Positions 1 to 11,640 of a stretch of 64,000 bases of DNA are shown piece by piece (the first letter of the stretch is position 1; each line of letters opens with the position of its first letter). The stretch covers positions 128,484 through 192,483 of the forward strand of contig MCFE01000062.1 in NCBI GenBank assembly GCA_002104905.1, given 5' to 3'. The position numbers and the translations under genes were made by a program. Origin of the DNA: Basidiobolus meristosporus CBS 931.73 (Eukaryota > Fungi > Basidiobolomycota). The notes under the pieces were generated by a model, which worked only from the letters and a program-made list of their open reading frames with translations, searched no databases and was not told the origin of the DNA.

Positions 1-1954
1 TCACTCCATCTTGTCATTCCTCTAGAGAGTACCTTCTGAGTAAATATATACTTGAGGGAGGCATGATCAGTCTTCATGGTGTATTTGACTCCTTCAAAAT
101 AGCATATCCATGTCTTCAAACAGTGTATTATAGCAAGCATCTCCTTCTCATGCACTGAATAGTTTTGTCCTGCTGAGTTCAGTTTCTTGGATTTGAAGGC
201 AACTGGGTAGTCCTTTCCCTTGTGTTCTTGGCTCAACACTCCACCAATTGCATAATCCTAAGCATCTGTGCACTCAGTGAACTCTTTTTGCAAGTCAGGA
301 ATTCTTAAGCTTTGCAGCTTAGGAAGTTTATTCTTGAGCATCTGGAAGGCAGTCTCACAAGCTATGTCCCACTTGTAGGTATTATCTTTCTTGAGGATAT
401 CAGTTAAAGGGACTGCAATATTTGCAAAGGACTTGACAAATCTCCAATAATAGGAAGCCATTCCAAGGAATGATCTGAGTTCTGATATGCTATGGGGCTG
501 CTTCAGATTCTGGATAACTTCAGCCTTCTTAAGGTCTAAAGTCACTCCTTTGCCAGTCACTATGTGTCCCAGATATTCAACATGTTCCTTGAAGAATTCA
601 CACTTGGCTAGCTTGCCATATAGATTGTTCTCTCTTAGCTTCTTCAAGACCTTTTCAATGTTCACCACATGATCCTTGTTTGTCTTGCTGTATATCAATA
701 TGTCATCTAGGTTGACTATCACAAACTTGTCTAAGTACTTGTGAAAGACAGCCAGCATCAGGGTCATGAATGTTGAAGGGGAACTGGTGAGGCCAAAACT
801 CATTATTAAGTACTTGTAATGTCCATATCTAGTCCTGAATGCTGTCTTAGGGATGTCTTCTGGCTTCACCCTAATCTGGTTGTATCCTGACATGAGGTCA
901 ATTTTGCTGAATATAGTGGCTCTGTTGAGTTGGTCCAAAAGCTCATCAATCTAAGGTATGTGGTGCTCATTCTTCACAGTAACTAAGTTGAGGGCTCTGT
1001 AGTCAATGCACATCCTAAGTGTTCCATTCTTCTTCTTCACAAGAAGTGCTGGTGCTCCCCAAGGTGACTTGCTTGGTCTGATATATCCTTGCTCCATTAA
1101 CTGATCTATTTGCCACTTAATCTCTTCCAATTCCAATGGACTCATTCTGTAAGGTGTCTTACTCACTGGAGGGCTATCTCCTGTGTCAATGGCATGATCT
1201 ACATCTCTGACTGGTGGTAGGCTTACAAGTTCTTCTGGAAATTTGTCTGAATATTCCTTCAAGAGAGTCTGGACCTTCTGGGGTACTAGAGTAGAGAAAT
1301 CCTCCTGTAATACTGCCATAAGGAACATCTGGGTGTCTTTTCTAAGTACTCTACAGAACTGCGTCTTGCTAAGCTCACTTGTTTCACATGCACTGGAATT
1401 GACCAAGTTGAAATCCAGTCTGGCAGGTAATAGCTCATAGGTCTTGTTGTTCTTCTGGATCTGAGTAGCATGGGTTCTCCAGTTAATTGATGGATTACAA
1501 CAAAATAGGCAGGTTTTTCCAAGTACATGGTCAAACATGCAGTTCCCAAATATATAGGCCTGTAGGTCTTCTTTATAGTCATGGATCTTCATCCTTACTG
1601 GCTGAGTAATACGGTTGATTATATGAGAGTTCCAATCAGCTGTTGATACTGAAGTTGATTTAGTGGGTTCCAAGTTGATTCCAGCTTTTGGAGCAAATTG
1701 CTCTGACATGTACTCATGTGATGCTCCTGAGTCAATCATGATCTTGGCAGGTACTCCATTGATTACTGCATTCAAATATAGTAGCTTTCCTGAGTTTGAG
1801 GTCACCTGAGATAGGTATTCTTCTGTCATATGGAAGGTGAGTTCTGACTCCTCTTCAAGTTCATCCTCAGTGTTACTGTGCTCAAGGGCTTCAATATGGT
1901 TGAAGTATCTTGAAGGCTGGTGTTCATTTCTTCTCCAAGGGCAGTACTTTGCAA
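1..1954 (-). mobile_element. Ty3/Gypsy LTR retrotransposon A, decayed pol (protease-RT-RNase H); runs off the window edge
   Basis: ORF 951-1829 has protease IMIDSGASH and RT start ([20 protein letters not shown]). A single in-frame TAG (951-953) separates it from ORF 258-938 (KIDLMSGYNQIR, NLDDILIYS). After a second TAG the frame continues into RNase H (DYAIGGVLSQ..VAFKSKKL..YSVHEKEMLAI..TDHASL). Domain order PR-RT-RH is Gypsy type. Confidence 0.95.
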
Positions 1955-1955
1955 T

Positions 1956-2166
1956 AGACTTGTTCCATCATTCCAGCTGATCATAGTGCCCAATAGTGCC
2001 ATAGCATGCCAGATGGTGCCTGATCATGCTACAGAGTGCCAGATGGTGCCATACAGTGCCAATTTGGGATCAAAATTGACATGCATATGACCCTAAAATA
2101 TCAAATTAATAACAAAATATACAGCACTTTCTGGCTCTATGATCAATGGCACAATGGAACAAGTCT
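1956..2166. mobile_element. Short non-autonomous TIR element (MITE), ~210 bp
   Basis: TIRs AGACTTGTTCCAT (1956-1968) and ATGGAACAAGTCT (2154-2166); AAT on both flanks (1953-1955, 2167-2169); no ORF. Confidence 0.85.
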
Positions 2167-2282
2167 AATATGTCCCTGCATTATTGCCAGATCAATTGCT
2201 GACTAATTGTATTTCCAAATGCAGGTTGTGGCTGATGACTCATTTGATTGCATCATCATCACCCAACAAGATCCTACTTAAT

Positions 2283-3012
2283 AGACTTGTTCCATTGGAT
2301 AGTGCCACATTGAGCCATGAGTGCCAAATGATGCCACAGTGTGCCAAGGAGACCAGGTGAGCCCATACTTGGCCACAGAGTGAGAAACATAGCTCTGCAT
2401 CTTCATGCAAAGCAGCCCTTGTGTTTCACCCATTGAGCTGGAGAAAAATCATTTTTGACCCTTTTTTTTGAATCAATGTTGCGCAGGATGTTTAAGAGCA
2501 CAAAAATTGAAGCCATGCATTGGGTACTCAATACCCATGGCACTCTGAGTCCTGCTCCTGTAGCTTGTATCATGTCACAAAAATGCATGGCACTATCTTG
2601 GTCTACAGGTTCTATCAGGCACTACATTTAAATATCAGCCCTAAAGTAAAGCCTATATAAAGCACTTATAGTTCCAGATAGTTCCAGTGGACCAAGATAG
2701 TCCCATGCATTTTTGTGGACATGATACAAGCCACAGGAGCTAGATTCAGAGTGCCAGGGGTATTGAGTATCAGATGCATGTCTTCAGTTTTTCTGTGCTC
2801 TCACACATCCTGAACAAGCTGATCCAAAAAAAAAGTCAAAGAATGGATTTTCTCCAGCACAATGGGTGAAACACAGGGGCTGCTTTGCATGAAGATGAGG
2901 AGTCATGTATCACACTCTGTGGCCAAGTTTAGGTCTGTTATACCTTTCTGGCATATAATGGCACTATTTGGCACCCATGATTGAATGTGGGACTATTCAA
3001 TGGAACAAGTCT
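2283..3012. mobile_element. Fold-back MITE, ~730 bp, same TIR family as 1956-2166
   Basis: Same 13-bp TIRs and AAT flanks (2280-2282, 3013-3015). Arms ~2283-2616 and ~2677-3012 are imperfect reverse complements along their whole length, around a ~60-bp spacer. Confidence 0.9.
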
Positions 3013-3224
3013 AATATACTATTCCTGTCTGCTAAGGATCTGCTGATTCATCTGATGACTAATACTACTGGTTTGATATATTACACTGATATACTTATAG
3101 GCTCAACATATAACTAATTGATTTGACTTAAAACTGATCTAACTTAAACATTCAAGTGGTAGATCATAACAGTAGAAAAGGAAAATAGTGTTTGGTAAAT
3201 TTGTATGGTAGCAATATACAGAAC

Positions 3225-5783
3225 TAGCTGTTATGATGTTGTCTTTTAATAAGGTTTCAATTGTCTCTTTGATATAGTCCATGTCAATCTTTAAGTTCCT
3301 GTATGCTTTTTGCTTGATGGGAAATCTGTTGGCAAGGTGGATTTGCTGATATCCCCCAGGCATATGGCCAATTAATTGGTTCTTAGAGAATACTTGGGCA
3401 AGCAGGCATATTCCTTCTAGGAACTTGTCTTGTAATGCAGGCAGTAGACTGGGATCCACATCTAGTTTGGGGAGTCTTTCTTCTGGTTCCTTGTTTGTAT
3501 GTAGTCCTTGGTTGTTTCCGTCAACTTCCTCTAGGTTTAACAATTGTACTCCTCTAGGTAATGTCACCATGTGTTGCCCATTGTAAACAATTAAGCACTT
3601 CAGACATTGCATTTCAAATTTTGGCAGTATCCATACTTCAGTGATCAAGATTCCTTCCTGTTGCTTGGATGCCTTTGTTGCAGTTATCATTCTTCCACTT
3701 GTCAAATAAGCTATTGGTGTCTCTAATGAGATCACCATCTCACTGGCAGGTGGTATTTTCAACACCTTTTGTGTGATGATCAGAGACTGCAATGGTTTCA
3801 CCTCTTCAATTGCCACACTGTTGCTATGCACCTTGCTCTCATTGGTAATATGAATCAGTGGGATACTCTTGGTATCCCACCTGAGTTCAGATGCACTGTA
3901 GAGTATGTCCATCTTATGTTGGATAAACCAACTCTTGCCAATGAGTAAGTTGTTGGCTGCAAGAGGTAGGACCACAACATCTTGGTGTATAATCAAGTTG
4001 CCTAGCCAGATGGGGCAATTAGGCACCACTCCTACTGTTGTGTCCAGTTGGTCATTTGCTAGCTGTACCCCAATGGTGTCATTGGGGACTATATATAACT
4101 TTAGATGTTTTGCTAATGAATCCAACATGATCAACATAGAGGATCCTGTGTCAATAAGGGCAAGAATCTCCTTATTCTCTATATGTACCGTTACATATAT
4201 ATCTTTATTCCATTTTTGTAGAACCATCTGGTTGACATGAAGGGTTGCTATCTCCTTCAATCCCTCTATCAGTTCCTTGACTAGAGTGGGGCAAGTCCCA
4301 GTAAATTGGTTATTGGGAGAGTTGTCTTGGTTTGCTCTAGTACCTTCATTATTGGGAATAGGCCATGGGAAGATGTACTAGCATTCTTTGTTTGCTTCAA
4401 CACTTTTTCCCAAGGCTCATTCTGTACTTCTTCACCTAATTCTGCACTCTTTCCTTTTGACAGAACCTCTACTACAGGTTTCTTTGCCTCCACTCTATAA
4501 GCATCATGTTGACGCTTCTTCTTCTGCACTTTGACTGTTCTGACCAGAGAGCTTAGACTGACTGAGTCCCATTGGCCTTATGACAAGTGACTCTGTCTTT
4601 TGATGCCTTCTTCTCTTTGGTGTCTGGTATGGGTTCTTGTCCATGCCATTTTTCACATTTGTGGGCTTAGTGGCCTACTTCTCCACATATATAACATGGG
4701 TACTGTTGTTACGGTTGTTCCATCTGTTGGTTCAGGGCTTGTACCTGGGCCTTTAGATCTACAACAGCTTCCCAGAGTTCATCACATTCTTTGGGAACTT
4801 CTTGGACATTGTTGATTGAGAGTTCTTGAACATTTTCCTGTAATACCTGTAACTCACGGTCTTTTGGGGAAGCATTCTTCCTTTCTTACAGGGGATCCCT
4901 GTCCTTCAATTATTTGTATCACTATAGGGTAGACCCCATAGTAAGATGACCCCCTATGTCTTACTTCATTGTCTAAGCCCTGGATGTAATAGCTAATAAG
5001 CTGTTGTTTGGCAATTTTGTCCTTTGGAAGACATCAAACTTGTTGGAGAAACAGTTCAGTGTAGGCTTCATAGCTCTCACTGCTTTTCTTCTGTGAGGAC
5101 AGTAGAAGGGCTTTGCAGTGGCATCCTTTGGCATATAGAAAGTTTGTCTTGTAGGCTTCTTCTAGTGCATCCCAGTTGTCTTTAACTGCATCTTCCAACC
5201 CATAATGCCATTGCCATGCTGATCCTGCCATAGGTTTGCAAACTCCCTTACTTTCTTATTGTTGTCCCATCCTGCATCAACCTCAACTCTCTCAAACTTA
5301 TCAAATCACTCAAGGACTTTCACTCTCTTTCCCTTGTACACTTTTAGTTTGATTGTAGTAGTCATTACCTCACTTGTGCTTATTTCTGCAGAGGCAGCAC
5401 CAAATATGTGGGTTATTACTGACTGTACTTGGCAAGTAGGAGAGCTTGTAGGTCAAGTCAGTGCCACTTGGTTCAGAATAGCTTCCAATAGAAGGTAGCA
5501 AGGTAATAAAGACTTGTGTTTATTCCATCCAAATCTTCCTGTCCTCTCACTTGGATATATATATATCACTTGGGGGGCTTAGATAATACATAATGTGTTA
5601 TAAAATAAGGGTGTGAACACCTTCATGTTGTGGTTAGTGTTCTAACTAGATAAGGGCAGGAATAGGAGGAAGGATGCTTGGGGGAATCATAGAGAGGATA
5701 CTGCCGGACTTTGGGTAGGACTTTGGGTAGGACTCTGGGGAGAACTCTGGGGCAAAGAGTGGGTACTACATTTAGTACTCACA
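3225..5783 (-). mobile_element. Ty3/Gypsy retrotransposon B, 3'-truncated (5' LTR, gag, protease, start of RT)
   Basis: LTR-like segment begins TGT at 5783 on the minus strand with a TATA-rich tract. Broken gag follows (FDKFERVEVDAGWDNNKK..AGSAWQWHY..NWDALEEAYKTNF). ORF 3139-4260 has protease ALIDTGSS and RT N-terminus (PIKQKAYR..IKETIETLLKDNII), which stops abruptly. Confidence 0.85.
5470..5783 (-). repeat. Putative 5' LTR of Gypsy B, containing a 12-bp x4 tandem (GGACTYTGGGKA, 5706-5753)
   Basis: TG start at 5783 abutting CACTA transposase sequence; TATATATATA tract; lies just upstream of gag. The low-coordinate boundary is approximate. Confidence 0.6.
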
Positions 5784-5789
5784 TCAGTG

Positions 5790-7965
5790 TCTCCATGTGT
5801 TCATTTGTCCTCAGTATTTTCCAACTCTTTCTGGCTGTCCTCCATGTTCCAACTCATCACATCTATGACAGACTTGAAGGTGATATCCTTGATGAGATTG
5901 GGATATGGTAGTACTTGCAACTTGACTTGTCTTCCTATCCCCCCACACATCTGCTCCATAGGAAACTCCCAAAAGGTGAAGCAAGGCCCAATATTCTCCA
6001 CACACCATGCAAGATGGAGTAGAGAATGGATACAGTAGTGGCAGAGATCTACGTGTTCAGCTTTATGTTTGTAGTATAGCCACTCAAATCATACCACAAA
6101 CTCCTCACACAACAGCTGTAGATGCATCAAGTGGGCATTGGTGATCCACTTCTGGATAAAAACTCCTACAATGTCCACATATGACTCCCAATGCTTCCAA
6201 TGTACTCTGGGTAGGAATGGCTTCAGAACACCACTTGAATAAATACATATCCAGTTTATTGAGCCTTTGCATTTGTATTGTTAAATATGCATATGAATAT
6301 TAATTGTTGCGCATAAGAAGTACTTAGAGTAGTGGATACTGTGTAATATCTTGCCAGTTTTTTCAAATTTCTCCCATATCTCAAAGGGCTCATTTAGCTT
6401 GAAATGCACCATGTAGAACTTGGTCATCAGTATAGGGATATTGTTGAAAAGCCAATGCATTGCTCCCAGTGGAAAGCTTTTGCTCCAACAGATACCATCT
6501 ACCCTAAGTATCTCTGGTTTCCAATTGATTCCATATTCTGGCCAGTGGCTTATAGCTTGCCAACTTTGCTGCAATTGCATGCTTACTTCTTTATGTTCTC
6601 TCTGTGGAGAGGTTATGTTCTTAGTGCTGGTGTTTGGGTAATAATAATGTGTGTGAGTTATAGAGTTAATCCCCTGGATCTCACACATTCAACAGCAATT
6701 CTCTCCATTTTGCCCACAAAAACCTGCTATCTTGCTGATGGCTGGGGTTTCTCCAATGCAGATAATAATATATGCTTTTACATGACGGCCATCTACCACT
6801 ATCCTGCTGGAGAGCGTACAAAACTCATCCAGCAATGGATACAGGTATCTATCCAGGCTGGACGGAGATTTAGGCCCAGATATCAGTGAGACTACCATCA
6901 GATTATTGCTCTGATACTGTAAGATGGGCAGCAGATTCAGATTGATGAGAATCAGTGGCCAGCAGGATTTACTGGTGGAGTACTTTTTAATGAGAATCCA
7001 TCAAGTACTAAAGCAAAGTCATGATCATACATACCTTCAAATTAGCCCTTACTTCTTAGCTGTTTGTAATGTTTGCCATGAGATATATTGGATATGTTAG
7101 TGCTTGATTGATACTGAGTGTGGTACTGTATAGCTTTACAATATTTGGTGGACTGCATCAGCTTCCTCAGAAGGGGTATGCCTGGAATATATCTGGAGTG
7201 TAAACAATGTTTTCCCTCAATGGTGGTGGATTCCTGACTATATGGACATGTTGCAATAGTAGCAGTTTTGGATGTGAATGCCATGCAACTGTTAACACAT
7301 GCTGGAATCAGGACAGTCTCTGGATCATATGTTGCCAGCCACATGATGGTTGTCCACTTGTACCATGTACATAGTTAGTAGCATCCAGGTATGATTTTGG
7401 CAAGAAGTAATAATAAATCCTCAAAGCCCCCATTACTGATATTAGTGGAAATGTGCCACTTCTCTAGCCACAACATTATATCATTCACCAGAAGATGGAT
7501 TACTGGGCTCACTTGGCTCCATAAAGTATCCTTGGCATTTGTTTCAATGGGTGTTCTCTCATTACATATAGGGATTTGACCAGGCTCATATGTGGCACTG
7601 TTGTTAGGGGAGATAGGCTCAAAATCCATCAGTGAACCTTCTTTGTCAGAGCTACCATTCTGTGTGCCATATTCAGAAGGCTAAGGTGAGCCTAAAGGCA
7701 TCACAAACTCACCTGACTCAGTTTGTGCAAGGTGACAAAGACAGCCAGGTGCCAATATAGAAGTATTAACTGGCTGGCAAGATAATGCTGGTACAGTAAT
7801 GACCAATGAAAGGTCAAATATGACTTGGGTGGCAAATGACTGTCCATGATCCTTGTAATACTTCCTATGCTGTCTGTGTGCTTCATGACTGAGAGGCTTG
7901 CCACAATAGCCACATGGTCTTTTTTCACTTCTCTTACAGTGTTGAGTCAAATTAGTCTTGTCCAT
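5790..7965 (-). mobile_element. CACTA/EnSpm-like (Transposase_21, tnp2 family) transposase pseudogene
   Basis: Ordered fragments across stops and frameshifts: ACVNSCMAF..TCP..RYIPGIPLLRKL; LISGPKSPSSLDRYLYPLLDEF..IGETPAISKIAGFCGQNG..C; GAMHWLFNN; FEWLYY..DLCHYCIHSLLHLA..IGPCFTFWEFPMEQMCG..PYPNL. These match the fungal tnp2 motif series. Confidence 0.9.
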
Positions 7966-8187
7966 GGGGCAAAAAGCTTGACCTTCAACAGCATAATGCT
8001 ATTATATCACTTTTTGGTCAGCACTCATGTGAACTTAAGACAGTCTTGTATTTGAGGCTCTGCACCTACATGAATGTAAGATTCAATGATGACCTGCTAT
8101 AGTAAGCATTATAAATAAAGTTGTGGCACCACATACACCTGTATATGTAACACTATTTCCCCTTTGGTTTGACTCACTTCCATATAT

Positions 8188-10580
8188 ATGCCTCCAAAAA
8201 ATAAAGCAAAGTTGTCTAGTTCCCAACCAAACCCCACCCCTGACAGCAACAGAAGAATGGTTAGACAACAGCTTGCTTTGACATTCAGTGCAATAAGTGG
8301 GGCTACATCCAAAAAAGTCCCTGTCAACAGTGTGCCCATTGAGGGTAATAATGCAGACTCCTCAGGCTCTCAGTCAAGTAGGCAATTCAGAACCTCTGCA
8401 GAGCTACAAGCTGTCCATTATGCTCAGGCAGATGAGAATGTAGCAAATGCAGTACCCTCAGTTGAAGTTCACCAAGTGGCCATGATAACATTGCCACCAC
8501 CCATATTAGCAAGTATGTTTTCAACTCATACCAAAGCATTAATGAAGCAATTAGGTCCAGTGGCTGATATGATAGATGCTATGGCACAGAGAAATCAGGA
8601 ATTAGTCCAGAAACAGGATGAGCAGAAAATACATGTAGAGCAATCAATATCCCAGGTAGAGAAAGCAGTATCTTTGCTGCAAAGAAGGAACTCAAGTAGC
8701 TCAATGTCACAGCCAAGAATTGAGCCATTTCCCAATGTAACAGCAGAGGAACACCATACAGTCTTTGAAGCACAACAACAGTGCCCAAAGATAAGGCTCA
8801 CAGAAAAACCTATCACAGCATGGGAAGGAGACAATATGGTGTCCATACCAAAGCCTAAAAATCAAAAGACATTGAAGATCTGTGAAGCCATTGAGTGCAA
8901 TAATGAAGAGTGGGCTAATATACAAGAGGCTGTCAGAAGTCTAGCATTCCATCACCTCAAGGCCAGCATACCGTGGGACCATCAGGAACTCAAGGCCAAG
9001 CAGAATTCACTTTACTTGTTCCATGAGCATTATCCTGGATTCAAACCAGCAAACAGATTTTGGGCCATCATTGGTATGCTACAAAAGTATCTTAGGAATA
9101 GCAGAAACTATCAAAGGCAGAAGAACAAAGGTGCCATGGCTAAAGACCAGTGGCTTCCTCTAGAGCCTGTTACAAGCAGGGCCTAAAGCTCAAGACAAGC
9201 ATCAAAGAGATGTCAGGTAGCTGGAAGAGTGCCAATTGGGGACAAGCAGGCAGACACGGATGCACCAGCACCACATATATCAAGGAAAAAGTGTGGTACC
9301 TCTCAAGAAGCACTCAGTCAAAATAGCAGTGAAGGACCTGGCAGTGATAAAAACCAGCACCTTTACAGGAGCCCATCACAACTACAGTTGAGAGCTCATA
9401 ACCAGCGGAAAAGAAATGTCAGGTTGCCAGAAGAGTGTCAGCAAGGGACAAGCAGCCCAAAACAGATGCATCAAAGCAGAATTTATCTAGGAGAACATGT
9501 AGTTCTTTACATGAAGCACTCAGACACAGTAGCAGTGAATGACCTGGCAGTGATAAAGGAAAAGGTAAAGGAAAAAATGTATACCCAAGCCTGAGACAGG
9601 GAGGCATGAAAGAAAGACTGCAGTTCTTGCCAATTAACGCTGCAAGCCAGGAACAGACTGAATCCCATCATAGCCAAGAAGAATTACCAACAAGAAAGCA
9701 GCTGTTTTCACAAGAGTTGGTAGCTGAGCCAGTTGAGCTACACTTGAGTAAGGTAGATGAGTTTGCTGAACATGGCAATTTGTCTACCACAGCCTCTACA
9801 GCCTCCATATCCTCCATTGTTGTCAGAGTGGAAAACCCACTGACAGACAAGGCTACAATGTCAAGAGCTCAAAAGACTATGAAATGCCTTCAGTGGAGTT
9901 TTGGAACATTAATAGGCACACCAAAAGGGTGCAGCACTTCTTCAGAGCAGTGCTCAAGAAAACGCACTGGAATATTGCAAGGATTTATTGCCAAGACTGG
10001 CAGATGAGGTGCTAGACCTTGCAGTGCCGGCTGAAGACCACAGCATGTGGGCACCAGTGAATGAACAGTGGCATAAAGCCATTGGGTTTTTGCCAAAGTT
10101 GTGGAACCAGAGTGTTACAACAGAAATACTTATTGAGTGGTGGACTTTAATGGAGGTACTTGTGGAGTGTGGGGTTGGGCTTAATGTTAGTGTAGGGTAT
10201 AGAGACTTGTGTAGGTCAATACAATTGGCAATTGAGGTACAACTGAAGTTTCAATGGAAATAAGTCAATTTGTATGCATTAAAAGTAAGAGAAACAGTTG
10301 AGTCAGGAAGTAAGGAGTGTGAAAAGAGGCAATAGCCAACCAATTCACACAAATGTAGGAGTCAATAGAGTGTTTGGGATCCAAAAGTGAGCTAATTGGC
10401 AGGGAACCAATTGAAAGCCACTTATACATTGTTGTAATGAGAAATTTTGACCAAGTTTTTTGTGAAATCTGGGGTGCAATTATTTTTCAACAATCTCTGG
10501 ATGGTGTCCCAATGGGATCAGTACCTCTTAGTCACAAGACTTTACTTTGTGACAGCCTTTTGATGGGAACATTTCAATAA
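8188..10580 (+). pseudogene. Second gene of the CACTA-like element, divergent from the transposase (8188-9186 still open, 332 aa; remainder broken)
   Basis: 8188-9186 and 9229-9594 are one frame separated by a single TAA. Further + frames (9606-10007, 9988-10263, 10374-10580) continue it. It has a coiled-coil-like segment and a helical domain (IPKP..IQEAVRSLA..PWDHQ..HYPGF..WAIIGMLQKYLRNSRNY). The 3' part recurs at 42865-43650. Confidence 0.65.
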
Positions 10581-10679
10581 TTTTTCATAACAAAGAAAGT
10601 ATCTCACAAATAGCAGAATAATCAAAGGTAAAAGAACTAGGGTGCCATTGCTATGAAACAGTAGCTACCTCTAGAGCTT

Positions 10680-11640
10680 GTCATGAGCAGGGCTGAAAAC
10701 ACCAAAAAAGTGCCAAGGAAGCATCAGGTGGCCAGAAGAGTGCCAGCAAGGGACACAAAGGCAGAAACTGATGCATCAGTGCAGCATTTGTCAAGGAAAG
10801 AGTGTAGTTCAGTACAGAGGCACCCAGTCAAGGTGGCAGTGAAGGATCTGGCGGTGATAAAGCCTGTGGATTTTGCAAGAGCCCCCTAAGAAAAGAAACT
10901 AAGAAAAGGCCAGCAAAATACCATCATAATATTAGCTGAATTCAAAGTTTGTCAAAGTAACAACTCTGAGTATCTCTATTATTAGCTGATGTGTAAGCAA
11001 GTAAACCAATTCTCCAGGAGGAGACTAGGCTAACTAGCATCCATACAAAATTTGGTAATTAGCTGCCCATTACTTCTATCAAGAATTGCATTTGAAATTT
11101 TGAGCCCAAAACACCAGCTGAATACCGGGTGAAAATCAGATGAATTCCAAGTTTGTGATTTTTCACAGGGAGCCTGTCACAGGCAGGGCTGAATACTAAA
11201 AACAAGTAGTAACAAAATGTCAGGTTGTTAGGAGAGTACCAGCAAGGACAAGCAGGCAGAAACAGATGCATCAGTGCAGCATCCATCAAGGAGAAAACAT
11301 AGCTCAATATAAGAGGCACTCAGTCATGGTAGCAGTGAAAGAATTGGGAGTGATAAAGGTACAGGTTAATGCAAAGAAAAAAAAGTAAACCAAAACCAGA
11401 GACAGGGAAGAGTGCAAAGAGAGCTGCTGCTCTCACCAATTAATGCTGTCAGCCCAGAGCAGGCTGAATCCTATAATAGCCAAGTAAACCATCAACAAGA
11501 ATACAGCTGCTTTCTCAAGATTTCAAATTGCAGTTAGTTGGGCTACACTCCAGTGAGGTAGATGAGCTTGCAGAGATAGGCAATTTGTCTACTACTGCCT
11601 CCACATCCTCCATTGTAGACATAGTGGAGATTTAAACATG
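10680..11640 (+). repeat. Degenerate internal duplications of the ORF2 linker modules
   Basis: Module ACAGATGCATCAGTGCAGCA..GCACTCAGTCA..GCAGTGAAGGA..GTGATAA recurs near 9255, 9465, 10765 and 11260; 11395-11620 parallels 9590-9810. Confidence 0.75.

Noticed and set aside
5706-5753. Telomere-like G-rich 12-mer tandem (GGACTTTGGGTA)
   Set aside because: Only four decaying units, inside a retrotransposon LTR and not terminal.
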